Source: Eledone cirrhosa
Lineage: Eukaryota
DNA: 64,000 nt
Reading direction: 5' to 3'
NCBI GenBank assembly: GCA_964016885.1
Contig: OZ024742.1
Coordinates: 7,068,001-7,132,000, forward strand
Positions 13,801-30,751 of this stretch are shown piece by piece; the first letter of the stretch is position 1; every line of letters starts with the position of its first letter. The notes below the pieces were generated by a model that saw only the letters and a program-made list of their open reading frames with translations, ran no database searches and was not told where the DNA came from. The position numbers and the translations under genes are program-made.

Positions 13801-14316
13801 CAGAAGTCACTGGCCTGGCAGTGCTACCGGGGGGCTCTACCCGTTCGAGAGAGGCTCTACAGACACGGGCGCCCGGGCAGGGATCCCTCAAAAAAGATTT
13901 GCCCTAGATGCGTGCGTCACGAAGAAACCGTTGCGCACGCATTGGTGCAATGTCCGGGCGTGGCTGATCTGTGGGGCTACGCCGAACGACTGCTGTCGCG
14001 GGTGGCGCCGATTAAATTGACCGCCGAGTCCGTGATGACAATCAAACCGCCTCCCCTCTTCACAAAGGACGCAAAGGCGGTTTTTCTGTGCGTAATAGCC
14101 ATGTTGAAAGAGGTTGTTTGGTGGACACGATTGAAAGGTCTGAGGTCAGGCAACTTCCTCTCTGGCCATAGTCTGGTCTACTTCTTCCGATATCACTTCG
14201 GAAGAAGGATAAGAATGGAGAGAGAGGTGCTTGGCCACAGGCAGTTTTATGAAAGGTGGGTGATAGTGGCGAGAATGGCTCGTGTAAATGGGCCTTCTCT
14301 GTATACCATCCTGTAG
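10891..14316 (+). pseudogene. Tx1 ORF2 (APE endonuclease, reverse transcriptase, C-terminal zinc finger), disrupted
   Basis: LNARGL, AGDWN, SYLDRF, TDH, GPGYWKLN, KSPGLDG, FRPITLLN, SAYADD, CPRC...ETVAHALVQC; frameshifts near 11375, 12660 and 12850 and a stop at 12823. Confidence 0.93.
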
Positions 14317-14534
14317 GTAAAGAAGTAAAGGAGAGGGGAGCACCTTCTCCATGTGCTCCCCGGGCAAAGGATTGCACACTTTTTCGGGGGGGGGGGGTGC
14401 AACCCCCATCACGTCCCCTCCCTTTTGAGGTTATTTTCGATTATTTTCATGTTACACCCTTTTTACTCGATTATATGTAAACTCCCCCTTTGTATTTGTC
14501 CCTTCTTTTTATGCCTTTATGGTAAATAAAGAAA

Positions 14535-15258
<724 letters not shown>

Positions 15259-15302
15259 TACAATATTAAATAAATGGAAAACTATATTTATAAAACCATA
15301 TT

Positions 15303-15368
15303 TATTTCATTATATATATTTCGGGGATATCATATTAACAATATGCTATGCCTTCATCAGACAAAATA
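15303..15368 (-). ncRNA. minimal hammerhead motif (family A)
   Basis: Reverse complement of 15445-15510. Confidence 0.8.
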
Positions 15369-15444
15369 CTTCAACATACTTCAAATGAAGTTGATGTTTA
15401 TTACGGTATGTCGAATATATTTATCTATAAAACTGTTTATATTG

Positions 15445-15510
15445 TATTTTGTCTGATGAAGGCATAGCATATTGTTAATATGATATCCCCGAAATATATA
15501 TAATGAAATA
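15445..15510 (+). ncRNA. minimal hammerhead motif (family A)
   Basis: tattttgt CTGATGA [stem II including catatt/aatatg] GAAA TATATA TA atgaaata. Confidence 0.8.
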
Positions 15511-15638
15511 AATATGGTTTTATAAATATAGTTTTCCATTTATTTAATATTGTAAATATACTCCAAGTATTTGTCGAGTGCTTTTATATCAGTTATAAAT
15601 ATTTACTAGTTGTAACCCAACAATTTTAAATATAACTT

Positions 15639-15688
<50 letters not shown>

Positions 15689-15698
15689 TGTATGTATA

Positions 15699-15745
<47 letters not shown>

Positions 15746-15784
15746 GTATGTATATATTTATATATATATATATATGTATGTATA

Positions 15785-15877
<93 letters not shown>

Positions 15878-15894
15878 ATATTTATATATATATA

Positions 15895-16662
15895 ATGGCC
15901 GATCTACTAAATGAAACTATTGACCTCCCAGTAGCCTCTGTCTCACAGCATGAAACGCCACATCCTTTCTCTGGCCCAGCAGTCCAATCATCACCACTGC
16001 CAACATCTTCTCTGCCTACTACTATTACTACTACTACAACATTTTTGTCTACTGCTATGTCAAGGAATTTACCTTCTAATACCAGAACAAGAACTCTCCC
16101 TCCCACAGTCCACAAAGGTCGTCAAATCCTACTCAAACCATCATCTACACCTCTCACAACACACACACCCACATACCCACCCACTCGAAACCCCATCATT
16201 TGCCGCTACTCTCTACGCTATAGAATATGTACGGATAGTGGCTGCAAATTCACCCATTTACCTAGGACAAAACGATCTATCCCCACAAACAACCACCACC
16301 ATAATACATACTCTAATTTAACACCAACACAACCACCAATAACTCAAACAAGGAATCCACAAATCTGCCGCTTTTCCCTGCGAGACAGATTGTGTTTAGA
16401 CCGGGATTGTCCCTTTACCCATCTCCCGGGGACCCGTCGGACAAATGAAAATAAAATTAAAAATAAAAGCAAAAACAAAAACCATAACCTACATAAAAAT
16501 AACCACTACCACAGTCACCAACAGTCTTCTAAACAGGAAACTTCTTCCTCTTTTTTAGCCATAATGAATCTGGCAAAAGAACTGGAAAAAAACATTCGAG
16601 CTATCACCCAGCACCACCCTCCACTATCACCCCACTGCACAAACTCCCATTGCTGCCATTAA
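15895..16662 (+). CDS. LINE ORF1-like protein with two CCCH zinc fingers
   Basis: ATG at 15895 (MADLLNE...); [20 protein letters not shown] and [20 protein letters not shown]; the upstream part of the called ORF is TA artefact. Confidence 0.7.
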   Translation: MADLLNETIDLPVASVSQHETPHPFSGPAVQSSPLPTSSLPTTITTTTTFLSTAMSRNLPSNTRTRTLPPTVHKGRQILLKPSSTPLTTHTPTYPPTRNPIICRYSLRYRICTDSGCKFTHLPRTKRSIPTNNHHHNTYSNLTPTQPPITQTRNPQICRFSLRDRLCLDRDCPFTHLPGTRRTNENKIKNKSKNKNHNLHKNNHYHSHQQSSKQETSSSFLAIMNLAKELEKNIRAITQHHPPLSPHCTNSHCCH

Positions 16663-19649
16663 CAAACAAACAAATTAACAACACACCAAAACAATTAAAA
16701 CCATCCACTCTCGCCTCTACATTTTTGCTTAACGCCCAAGGCATCAGCCCTTCCACCAATACTCAAAAATGGAAGATCAAATTCCTGGAGGACAGGATTG
16801 ATGTCCATCCAAACCACATCCCTTTCGTCGTCCTCACTGAAACCCATCTCAGTAACCTCCATTTGGAAGCCGAGGTGAAAGTGAAAAATTTCAAAGCCAT
16901 CCGTGCTGATCGCGCTGGCAGAAGAAAGGGCGGGACTGCCATTTATGTCCATAATTCTTTCTCAACAGAGGCTATGAATATATTCACTAATGGATACTGT
17001 GAAGCAGTCACTGTATTCAGTCAAACCAACAACCTAATAGTAGTTGGGCTCTATAGGCCACCCCAAACGCCTGTACCATGCTTCAAGGAATGCCTCAACA
17101 GCATAACGTGTTTCATCCAAGAGTGTCACCCTGACAACATCTTAATGATGGGGGACTTCAACCTCCCCGGAGTTGACTGGTCCACAAACAGCCTGCCACC
17201 AGGTTCTTCTGCCTCAACCTCTGACAGGGAAGCAGTGGAATTGCTTCTTGACTTCATGGATGATTTCTTCCTATCACAACTGGTGCTCGAACCAACGAGG
17301 TGCCACAAAAACGTCCTAGACTTAATTTTCAGCAATCACACTGACAATATCCACAATATTGCAGTGGAGAAAACTCTACTCTCTGATCATGACATGGTTC
17401 TCTGTGATCTGAGATTCCACCGTCCAATATACAAACCCAATGTCATCTCTCCTGTCCATCCGTTTGACGCTATGGATTTCCACAATGCAAACTGGGAAGC
17501 GATCAGTCATGATCTTGCACATGTCGACTGGTCCTTCACGCACACTCATACACCCACTAACATCAAAAAGTCCTGGCAGACATTTGTGGACACTGTTACA
17601 AACATATGTGCTAAACACACCCCATTAAGAGCTATAAACAAATCTAAGAGCAGAATCCCTAGAAATAGAAAAACACTCATCAGAAAAATTAAGAGAACGA
17701 ACAAAAAAATCAACAAGCTGAAATACTGTCAGCAGCAACACATCAACTTGACTGCCATTTCATCACTAGAGATTAAAAAACATAACCTCCAAAACAACAT
17801 AATGTCCCTCATCAACAATCAGAGAAGAGCTGAAGAGGCCTGGGCCATTGAGAAGATCAAACTCAATCCCAAAGTGTTCTTTTCATTTGCAAAAAAACAC
17901 AAAATCACTGGCTCTACTGTTGGCCCTCTAATTGATGAAAATGGCACTCTTCAAGACAATGCTAAAACCATGGGTGAGATACTGCAGAAACAATACTGCT
18001 CTGTTTTCAGCAATCCTGATATGGCCGATCTGGGCTGTATCGGCGATGTTACTCCCCATTACACCTTATCGGACATAACGTTTGGCGCCCCTGATGTCTT
18101 AGCGGCAATAAAGGAAATCAAGCATAATTCAGCAGTAGGTCCCGATAGGTTCCCTGCTTGTGTCTTGAAGGCGTGTCAACACCAACTTGCATCTCCTCTT
18201 GCCAATCTGTGGGGGAACTCACTGGATGCTGGATATGTGCCAGAAAACCTTCTATCCCAGTCTGTTGTCCCAGTTTTCAAAAAGGGAAACAAATCCCTTG
18301 TCGTGAATTACCGTCCAATCTCACTCACCTCTCATATGATTAAGGTATTTGAGAGAGTGGTGAGATCGCGAATGACTCACTTCCTTGAGAGTAACAATAT
18401 GCTGAACTCCAACCAGCATGGACTCCGTAATGGAAGGGATTGCCTGACGCAGCTACTGCATCACTTTGATGACATTTTGAGAGCCTTGGGAGAGGGTTCC
18501 AACACTGATGTTATCTACCTTGATTTCAGCAAGGCCTTTGACAGGGTTGATCATAACATTCTACTGAGAAAGCTGTCCAATATTGGTGACACTGGAAAGC
18601 TGCTGCAGTGGATCAAAAGCTTCCTCTCAAATAGAACCCAACATGTTGTAGTTGAGGGAGTCAAATCCAGCCCAGCCAAAGTCAGTAGTGGGGTCCCACA
18701 AGGCACTGTGTTGGGCCCACTTCTCTTCATCATCTATATTAATGACATCACTGACATCATCAAACACAGCAACATTAACATTTTCGCTGATGATTCCAAG
18801 CTCCAAAAGGTCATCAATGGCGTGGATGACCGGATAAGCCTTCAGTCAGACCTACTGGCTGTTACCCAATGGGCGGAAAAGAACAACATGTTACTGAACG
18901 AAGACAAATTCGAACTGATCCACTTTGGAAAAGAGGATGCTCTGAAACTCCCGTACTCCCTTCCCTCCGGGGAAACTCTCGTGGCATCTAACAACATCAG
19001 AGACTTGGGAGTAACCGTGGACAGCAACATAAGCTGGGCCACGCATATAAGCAGCAAAGTTGACATGGATCCTCAGAACCTTCCAGTCGAGAGATTCCCA
19101 CACCATTATCCTTCTCTTCTCTACTTTGGCCCGACCACACCTTGAATACTGTTGTCCACTGTGGTCTCCCCACACGAAACAAAGTATTATGAAACTTGAA
19201 GCTCCTCAAAGGGCAATCACGAAAAAGATAGATGGCATGTCAGACTTTGACTACTGGGGTCGACTAGAAAGCCTGAAACTTTACTCACTCCAACGTCGCC
19301 GTGAGCGTTATATTATCTGCATGATGTGGAAAATGTTCCATCATCACTGCCCAAATGATGTTGGCATCGCCTTCAAGATACACCAAGGCTTGGGCCCCGT
19401 GCTATCCGTCCCATTCAAAAATCTAAATCGCAACTCATAACAACAATACGGCACAATTATTTCACCTCAATCGGCCCTGCTCTCTTCAACATCACACCAG
19501 GACACGTCAAAACAGAAACTGACCACACAAAATTCAAGAAGTCTTTGGACAAATTCCTCCAAGTAATCCCGGACAAACCACCCACACCCGGATATGTCTC
19601 CGCAAACAGTAATTCTCTTCTCGAATGGGCCATGGTGCCCAAATCCTGA
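16650..19649 (+). pseudogene. CR1-group ORF2 (APE + RT) with C-terminal frameshifts
   Basis: LTETHL, YRPP, MGDFN, LDL, SDH, YRPISLTS, YLDFSKAFD, GVPQGTVLGP, FADD; 20-nt deletion at about 19067 relative to the 58.8-kb copy; ends NSLLEWAMVPKS*. Confidence 0.93.
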
Positions 19650-19814
19650 ATTGAAAGACTTCGCCAGGTGGTGCTATTAAGTTAGACATGGCCTGGGCCA
19701 ATACTGGCCAAAACATTTCAAAGTTATTCAAAGTTATTCAAAGTTATATATATCTATATATATGTACGTATATATTTACATATATCTATATATCTATATA
19801 TATATGTATGTATA

Positions 19815-19941
<127 letters not shown>

Positions 19942-19970
19942 GTATATATTTACATATATATATATCTATA

Positions 19971-20029
<59 letters not shown>

Positions 20030-20258
20030 AGAACAAAAGATTGTTAAAAGAGTTCCATGTATCTATATATATATGTATCCATATATATATATGTGTATGT
20101 ATATATTGATATTGTTATACTTTGGGAGGGTCATGTTGCCAATAAGAAACACACGCACCAGTTGCTTTCACTTCAATTTATTATAATAAATTTATAAATT
20201 TAGGAATTTATAAATTTCTGGTTGGTTGGTTCCTCAACCAGATAGTTGTTTATATATT

Positions 20259-20301
20259 GTCAAAGTTCTTTCGTCACACATTCTGTGTCCTCTTCAGTGA
20301 C
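20259..20301 (-). ncRNA. minimal hammerhead motif in PLE 3' UTR
   Basis: Reverse complement reads gtca CTGAAGA ggacacagaatgtgtgac GAAA GAAC TT tgac; one stem II mismatch. Confidence 0.75.
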
Positions 20302-20499
20302 TGCGGATTCTTTTCTTTGTTTTTGTGCCTCTCCTTTGTTCTGTCCTTTTGTTTCTGTGTGTGTGTTGTGTGCTCAGTCTGCGCATGCGCCACATCCGTG
20401 TGTCTGTGTGTGTTTATATTCGTTTATTTATTTATTTGTTTATTTACATGTTACCGGTTGGTTGTTTGTTCTATGTGCGTGTGTGTTTTCATTTTGTCC

Positions 20500-22783
20500 T
20501 TAATTGTAAGTTGTGATGTTGCTGTTCCACTCATATTCTCTATTTAATTTGGGTTGTAATTCTTTTATGTTTATTGCCTCTGTGATTTGTCTAAACATTG
20601 CGTCTTTTCTGTGTGTAGATTCTATTTTTATTTCTATGTTCTCTAATTTACTCTTATGTTCTATTTTAGCATGTTGGTAGAGTACAGATGATTCTTTACT
20701 ATCTTGAAGGTCTCGCCAGTGTTCATTTATCCGTTCCCCTACACTACGAGCTGTCTCACCTATGTACACTATATTTTTGTCTCTACATTGTCCTTCAGTA
20801 CATCTTATGCTATACACTACATTTCAAGTTTTACAGTTAATATGGGGGCCTATTTTACAGGTTATACATTTCTTATCTATATAGGGGGGTCTTTGAAAAG
20901 GGTATGTCTTGCTAATAAGGGTTTTTACGGAGGTACCTGGTCTTTCTACTATCTTAATATTGAGTTTATGTTTATCTAGGGCCCTTCTAAATTTGTAAGC
21001 TAATTCACCTCTAGGGCTTGTATCGATGAACATTACACTCTGGTATTTATTGCTATCATACCATGAGTTTATTCTATTAGCCTTATTCCTAGTTCTTTCT
21101 ATTCTATTCCAACATTTGCTCCTATACAAGGGGCAGGTCTCATTTGTGTCATTATTTACCATTTTTTCCCATTTGGTTCTGGCTCCTCTATACACTCTGA
21201 TTTTATCTCTTTGATTGTAACCAGAGAACTGCATACGGTGGATGAAGTGTTGTATGTGTCTCTCTAGTTCTTCGGGGTTGCACACGCGGGACACGTTTCT
21301 CATCACCCGTACCAAATCCGCAATCAGTATGTTGATTTTGGTATGGTCCGAAACAGCCGAGTTTCGGTTTATCAGATGTTTGGAAGTCATGGGTTTGGCA
21401 TAATGGTAATGGAGGATTTGTTTTTTGTTATTAATGGTATCTAACCAGTGCTCTCTGTCTAGTACAGGTAATCGATGGTTGGGGTGTTTACTTGGGTAGT
21501 CTATAGTAACTCTAATACTCTGGTGGATGGCGTTAGCTATTTGATGGATGCTTTCCATTGTGTTTTTTTCTAGTTCCTGACTGTTCTCTAGTGGGGGTGT
21601 CTTAACTACGATGTTTATATCATCAACGTAGAGGGAGTACATTATCAGGGTTAAGGGGTTTTCTAATTGTTCTTTGAGTTTAAGTTTAAGTCTACTGTCC
21701 CACCATACCATGAATAAGTTAGCTATGTCGCCTGCAATGCTAACACCAATGGCTGCTCCTTCCTCTTGGGCATATGTTTTTCCATTAAATTTGAACATAT
21801 GTTCCTTAAGGGTTAGTTTTATGCTGGCCCCTACCGCATGTGCAATCATTTTCTTCAGTTCATCGTGGTTTTGGGGTGTCCGTATGGCTCTGGTCCACCC
21901 GTTCCATCTATCTGTGTGGGTTTTCATGGCCATTGTGGTAATGGTAGGTGGTCTGCCTCTTGCTGGACTTGTAGGGCACAGGTTGCTAAGGTCATATGTG
22001 CCTAGGTAATTATTACTATAGGTAAGTTTAAGTAGGAGTCCCAGCTCACTGGTATCAATCCCACGGAACTCAACATTGCTCTCACTGATCATTTCTACGC
22101 ATTTCTCCACAGCAAAATCCACGTCAATAGATGGATAGAGGGACACAACATCCATACTACCTATTATGCAGTTTGTTAGGTCCCTAGATCGGTTACTCCC
22201 GCCGATTCTGCTGAGGAGGTCCTCCGTGCTGTCACACACATCTGAGGACATTTCAATGATGGGGCGTATGATCAGGGAGAGGAAGTAGGACAGTCTGTAG
22301 TTACTAGCAATGTTAGCTCCACAGACTGGCCGTGTTGGTGGTCCCGTGACAGGGTCATTGCCCGTTTTATGGTCTTTTCGAAGCCCATACAACGCTGGCA
22401 CGTCATTGTTCCAGGCCTGGAAGTTGTTGGCAGTCCTTTTGTTGGGCTGCATTATATTCGTCCACATCACCATATGGGCATTTAGGGCTTTTTCTCTATC
22501 CTCATGCTCCTGTGGTGTTACCTCTCTTGTGTTAGTGATGTGGGGTTGCATTGCCTGGATGTAGTTTGGCAGGCTGTCAACCGACATTCTGCCAGACTTG
22601 TCTGTTGGAAAGCATGCTATCTCTCCATTACCCGAGCGCTGCATGAGCTTACGCAAGCCATTTGCAGATTTTTTTCCCAGTTGCTGGGCCTCTATTCTAT
22701 TATGCTTCTTGCTATACTGTTCTATAATATTTCTAAGTTCGGATCTAGCTATACTAAATTGTGCTTCTGTTTGTTCATCGACC
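20500..22783 (-). pseudogene. PLE reverse transcriptase-GIY-YIG polyprotein with one premature stop
   Basis: PTDKSGR, YGLRKDHK, TRPVCG, GSMDVVSLYPSID, Q.EG.AIG, YVDD, LPVLD, then GIY-YIG; TGA at 20824-20826 where the other copies have AGA. Confidence 0.93.
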
Positions 22784-22888
22784 TATATATATATATATAT
22801 ATATATTTCAGATAAAGAATCTTGCTACACAAATTCAGAAACAAAATATATATTTATATCTATCTATCTATATATCTATATATATATA

Positions 22889-24131
<1,243 letters not shown>

Positions 24132-24194
24132 ATATATATATATATATATATATGTATGTATATATTTATATATGTATATATATATATATATATG

Positions 24195-24279
<85 letters not shown>

Positions 24280-24309
24280 ATATATATATAGTTATATGTA
24301 TATATTTAA

Positions 24310-25660
24310 AGAAGCTGCCTTACACAGCTGCTACATCACTACGACTGGGTACTGAGACAACTACTAGACAGCTCACATTTAGACGTGATATATCTTGACT
24401 TTGCGAAGGCCTTTGACAAGGTCGACCACGGAATGATATGTCACAAACTACACGGACTCGGCATAACTGGAAAAGTAGGTGAGTGGCTGCATGGCTTCCT
24501 AAGGGTCAGAAGCCAGGCAGTCGCAGCAAATGGGGCCCTCTCGAGGGAAACACCGATAACAAGTGGGGTGCCCCAGGGGACAGTCCTGGGACCACTACTG
24601 TTTTTGGTGGCTCTCTCGGACATGCCCTCTGTGGTGCATGCAACAACATCCCTCACTAGCTATGCTGATGACACTAAGGTAGCACAGGCAATCAAAAACC
24701 CGGCTGACGCTGCCCTCTTACAGCAGGATCTGGATGCCATATACAGATGGGCGGAAGAAAACAACATGCAGTTTAATGCTGGCAAATTCCAAGCCTTACA
24801 ATACAAACCTGCAAACACAAACACAAATATAGCGGAACACAGCTACACAGGACCAGGAGGGACCGATATCCCCGTGTCAAAATCGATACGAGACCTGGGC
24901 ATAGACATGAGCGATGATACATCTTTTTCTTCACACATCATGAAGGTGGCGACAACATGTAGACGATTCGCTGGCTGGATCTTGAGGACTTTCCTTACAA
25001 GAGATCGAGACACAATGTTGACACTGTGGAGGACTTTTGTCCTAAGCCGCCTGGACTACTGCTCCCAGCTGTGGTCACCCCATGGTGTCAAACTAACCAC
25101 GGAGCTTGAGGCAATCCAGCGAAGCTACACCAAGAGGATTGCCAAGATGAGGGAGACAAGCTACTGGGAGAGGCTGAAGGAACTGAACCTCTACTCCTTG
25201 GAGCGAAGACGGGAGAGATACGCAGTGATCTACATGTGGAAAATCCTGGAGGGACTAGCACCAAACTTTGGCATTGGGAGCTGGACCAACCGTCGAACAG
25301 GACGTCACTGTGTGGTGCCAAAGGTCCCGTCTTCCACATCTAGAATAAGGAGCAGGTATTGCAATAGCCTGGGATTCAAGGGCCCTCAACTCTTCAACAG
25401 GCTGCCGAGGCATCTGCGAGACTTGCATGACGTGGAGGTGGATGTCTTTAAGAAACATCTCGACACCTTGTTATCCAGGATCCCGGATGAGCCCACAGCA
25501 AGACACGAGGGAAACCTAAGGGCAGCAGCAACAAACTCCCTCCTACACCAGTGGCCAACCTATACAGGCTGGAGATAAAATGTGTAGCAACAAGGGCGGT
25601 GCCCCAGCATGGCCTCAGCCGGATGGCTGAAACAGGTAAAAGAGTAAAAGAGTAAAAGAA
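24310..25660 (+). mobile_element. CR1-group LINE family 2, 5'-truncated
   Basis: RT ORF to 25578, 3' UTR stem-loop and tail gtaaaa(gagtaaaa)x2 abutting a TA array. Confidence 0.92.
24385..25578 (+). pseudogene. RT and C-terminal region of a CR1-group ORF2
   Basis: [46 protein letters not shown]. Confidence 0.93.
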
Positions 25661-25772
25661 TATATTTATATGTATATATTTATATATATATATATTTATA
25701 TGTATATATTTATATATATATATATATTTATATGTATATATTTATATATATATATATATATATGTATATATT

Positions 25773-25803
<31 letters not shown>

Positions 25804-25811
25804 TTATATAT

Positions 25812-25851
<40 letters not shown>

Positions 25852-26174
25852 TTATATATATATTTATATTTATATGTATATATTTATATATATATATATA
25901 TATATATTTATATGTATATATTTATATATATTTATATGTATATATTTAAATATATATTTATATGTATATATTTATATATATATTTATATGTATATATTTA
26001 TATATATATATATATATTTATTTGTATATATGTATATATATATATATTTATATGTATATATTTATATATATATATATTTATATGTATATATTTATATATA
26101 TATATATATTTATATGTATATATTTTTATATACATATATATATTTATATATATATATATTTATATGTATATATT

Positions 26175-26209
<35 letters not shown>

Positions 26210-26251
26210 TTATATGTATATATTTATATATATATATATATTCATATATAT

Positions 26252-26301
<50 letters not shown>

Positions 26302-26304
26302 ATT

Positions 26305-26337
<33 letters not shown>

Positions 26338-26408
26338 ATTTATATATATATATTTATATGTATATATTTATATATATATATATATTTATATTCATATTTA
26401 TATTTTTA
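25661..26408. repeat. compound TA array with tatttatatgtata interruptions
   Basis: Direct inspection. Confidence 0.95.
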
Positions 26409-26497
26409 CTATGATATCCCAGAAATATATATAACGAAATAAATATGGTTTTATAAATATAGTTTCCATTTGTTTAATATCGTATATTTATATATAT

Positions 26498-27303
<806 letters not shown>

Positions 27304-27486
27304 TATTTATATATATATATTTATATATATTTTTAATGTATATATATATTTACATATATTTTTATATGTATATATTTATATATATATATATATATATATT
27401 TATATGTATATATTTATATATATATATTTATATGTATATATTTATATATATATATATTTATATGTATATATTTATATATATATATA

Positions 27487-28041
27487 TTAGAATTGGTGCT
27501 CTGAAATAGCGATATATATATATATGAATGTATATATAGTGTATTTTGCAATACACTGTATGCTTAATTAAAAGTATTTCGAAGACCTTACGCTATTGTT
27601 TTAGAGTAGTGACAGTCTCACTTACTTTAAATTTTCAGCAAATAGGCGAGATAAAGCTGACCGAGCTCTGCTTCGTACTTTTTGGTACTTATCAAAACTA
27701 ACTGCTCCACCTGTTTGCTGAAAATCATGAATGCTTGATTCTTATAGAATTCTAGTAATAATCAGGTACTGATTATACAGAGCGGTTGCCGGTCAAGCAG
27801 AAATTGAAAATTAGAATTGGTGCTCTAAAATAGCGATATATATATGAATATATATATATAGTGTATTTTGCAATACACCGTATGCTTAATTAAAAGCATT
27901 TCGAAGACTTTACGCTATTGTTTTAGAGTAGTGACAGTCTCATTTACTTTAAATTTTCAGCAAACAGGGGAGATAAAGCTGGCAGAGCTCTGTTTCGTAT
28001 TTTTTGGTACTTATCATAGCTAACTACTCCACCTGTTTGCT
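27487..28041 (-). repeat. partial tandem duplication, 324-bp period, with decayed hammerhead
   Basis: ttagaattggtgctct at 27487 and 27811; reverse complement of 27977-28021 reads agct ATGATAA gtac caaaaa atac GAAA CAGAGCTCTG CC agct. Confidence 0.75.
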
Positions 28042-29256
28042 GGCAAACTGTATTAATTTAATTAGTATTTTTCAATATAGCTAACTTGGTCTATTGCAAT
28101 ACAAACACTTATATACTTGTATTAGTGTTTATCATATATTAATTTATACTAATTTGGTATTTCACGGCTCAGAAATATCTCTTTCTTTGAGCTATTTAAT
28201 TGTAAAAGACTGTTTGAGTTTATAACTCTATATATAGTATTATCGGCTCCATTTGTTGAGCTAAATTTTTTAGTCCCATAAAAACGGCTGCTATTTCTAG
28301 CGGCATGAGTATAGGACTGGCTAGACGCTGGGACACCATGTGCGTTCAACAACACATTTTTCTCTCAGTCTTCGTAAGTATTTTGAGGTGAAACATACCA
28401 ATTTCTTGATACATACAGCTGAGCACAAAAATGGAATTTTAACTTATTGTTGCGAAACAGATTTGAGTTTTGAAATTTAAATTTGTCCAGGTATCATGGC
28501 TATTGCCAATATGGGTTTGTTTTTATTGATTTATTATTTTAAATCGAGACAGGCAAACTGTATTAATTTAATTAATATTTTTCAATCTAGCTAACTTGGT
28601 CCTTTGCAATACAAACACTTATATACTTGTATTAGTGTTTATCATATATTAATTTATATTAATTTGTATTTCACGGCTCAGAAATATCTCTTACTTTGAG
28701 CTATTTAATTGTAAAAGACTGTTTGAGTTTATAACTCTATATATAGTATTATCGGCTCCATTTGTTGAGCTAAATTTTTTAGTCCCATAAAAACGGCTGC
28801 TATTTCTAGCGGCATGAGTATAGGACTGGCTAGACGCTGGGACACCATGTGCGTTCAACAACACATTTTTCTCTCAGTCTTCCTAAGTATTTGAGGTGAA
28901 ACATACCAATTTCTGGATAGCTGCAACTGAGCACAGAAATGGAATTTTCACTTATTGTTGCGAAACAGATTTGAGTTTTGAAATTAAAATTTGTCCAGGT
29001 ATTACGGCTATTGCCAATATGGGTTTGTTTTTATTGATTTATTATTTTAAATCGAGACAGGCAAACTGCATAAACTTAATTAGTATTTTTCAATCTAGCT
29101 AACTTGGTCATTTGCAATACAAACACTTATATATTTGTATTAGTGTTTATCATATATTAATTTATATTAATTTGTATTTCACGGCTCAAAAATATCTCTT
29201 TCTTTGAGTTATTTAATTGTAAAAGACTGTTTGAGTTTATAACTCTATATATAGTA
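28042..29256. repeat. tandem repeat, ~510-bp unit, about 2.4 copies
   Basis: ggcaaactg unit starts at 28042, 28552 and 29060. Confidence 0.9.
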
Positions 29257-29299
29257 TATTTATATATATATATATATTTATATGTATATATTTATATAT

Positions 29300-29577
<278 letters not shown>

Positions 29578-29608
29578 TATATATATCTATATCTATATAT
29601 CTATATAC

Positions 29609-29645
<37 letters not shown>

Positions 29646-29665
29646 TATATATATATATATATATA

Positions 29666-29742
<77 letters not shown>

Positions 29743-29781
29743 ATATCTATATCTCTCTCTCTATATATATATATATATACT

Positions 29782-29814
<33 letters not shown>

Positions 29815-29815
29815 A

Positions 29816-29894
<79 letters not shown>

Positions 29895-29903
29895 ATATCT
29901 TTA

Positions 29904-29960
<57 letters not shown>

Positions 29961-29961
29961 T

Positions 29962-30014
<53 letters not shown>

Positions 30015-30017
30015 ATT

Positions 30018-30166
<149 letters not shown>

Positions 30167-30612
30167 GAATAATCGAGTATCGAAAAATCGGGGCACGAGT
30201 TCACGATAAACAAAATTCGAGATGAGCGGCAGAGGGCTCTATAATTCAAATAAATCAGAGCTATACCTATCGTTAAAATACCGTCACACGTAGAATATGT
30301 CTACAATCAACCAAACAACCGAAAAATTGCGATATGGAAGATTCGGGACACTCAGATAAATTATCAATGAATCAATAAATCAAATGAATGTAAAAAGCAT
30401 ACCCGGACCCACTAGAGAGATGGTATATCTAGCTTCTTGGGTTTCTGTAAATCCTTAAACCGTCCTCTATCAGCTCACATAAAAATATAAGACTTACAAA
30501 CGACGGGGGACTGGAGTTACTTCTTCAACGAGCTTTAGTCCGAACGGATGAAAAGACAAGACCCAGGCTGAAAATACGCACATGGATTTCATATATATAT
30601 ATATATTTCATT

Positions 30613-30751
<139 letters not shown>

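Larger units (their letters stand above)
8721..14534 (+). mobile_element. Tx1-clade (L1 group) non-LTR retrotransposon, near full length, decayed
   Basis: 5' UTR, ORF1 with a zinc knuckle, ORF2 APE-RT-zinc finger, AATAAA at the 3' end abutting tctatcta/TA repeats. Confidence 0.92.
15259..15640 (+). mobile_element. family A fold-back element with two outward-facing hammerheads
   Basis: Inverted arms 15259-15369 and 15444-15554 with a ~75-nt spacer and a 3' extension. Confidence 0.85.
15895..19746 (+). mobile_element. CR1-group LINE family 1, near complete
   Basis: ORF1 plus ORF2 (APE-RT), short 3' UTR and a tandem tail (aagttattca)x2 running into (TA)n. Confidence 0.9.
20108..22845 (-). mobile_element. 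Penelope-like element copy B (RT + GIY-YIG), 5'-truncated, with an inverted terminal piece
   Basis: PLE RT motifs, GIY-YIG and a hammerhead 3' UTR; 22806-22845 is the inverted equivalent of the element 3' terminus seen at 4857-4895. Confidence 0.93.

Noticed and set aside
15259-15640. Fold-back elements as Tc1/mariner MITEs with TA target duplication
   Set aside because: Arms are asymmetric, breakpoints vary between copies of one family, and arms contain PLE-type hammerheads; a retro origin fits better, though it is not proven
20824-20826. In-frame TGA in the PLE ORF as recoding or selenocysteine
   Set aside because: Copies A and C have AGA (Arg) at this position
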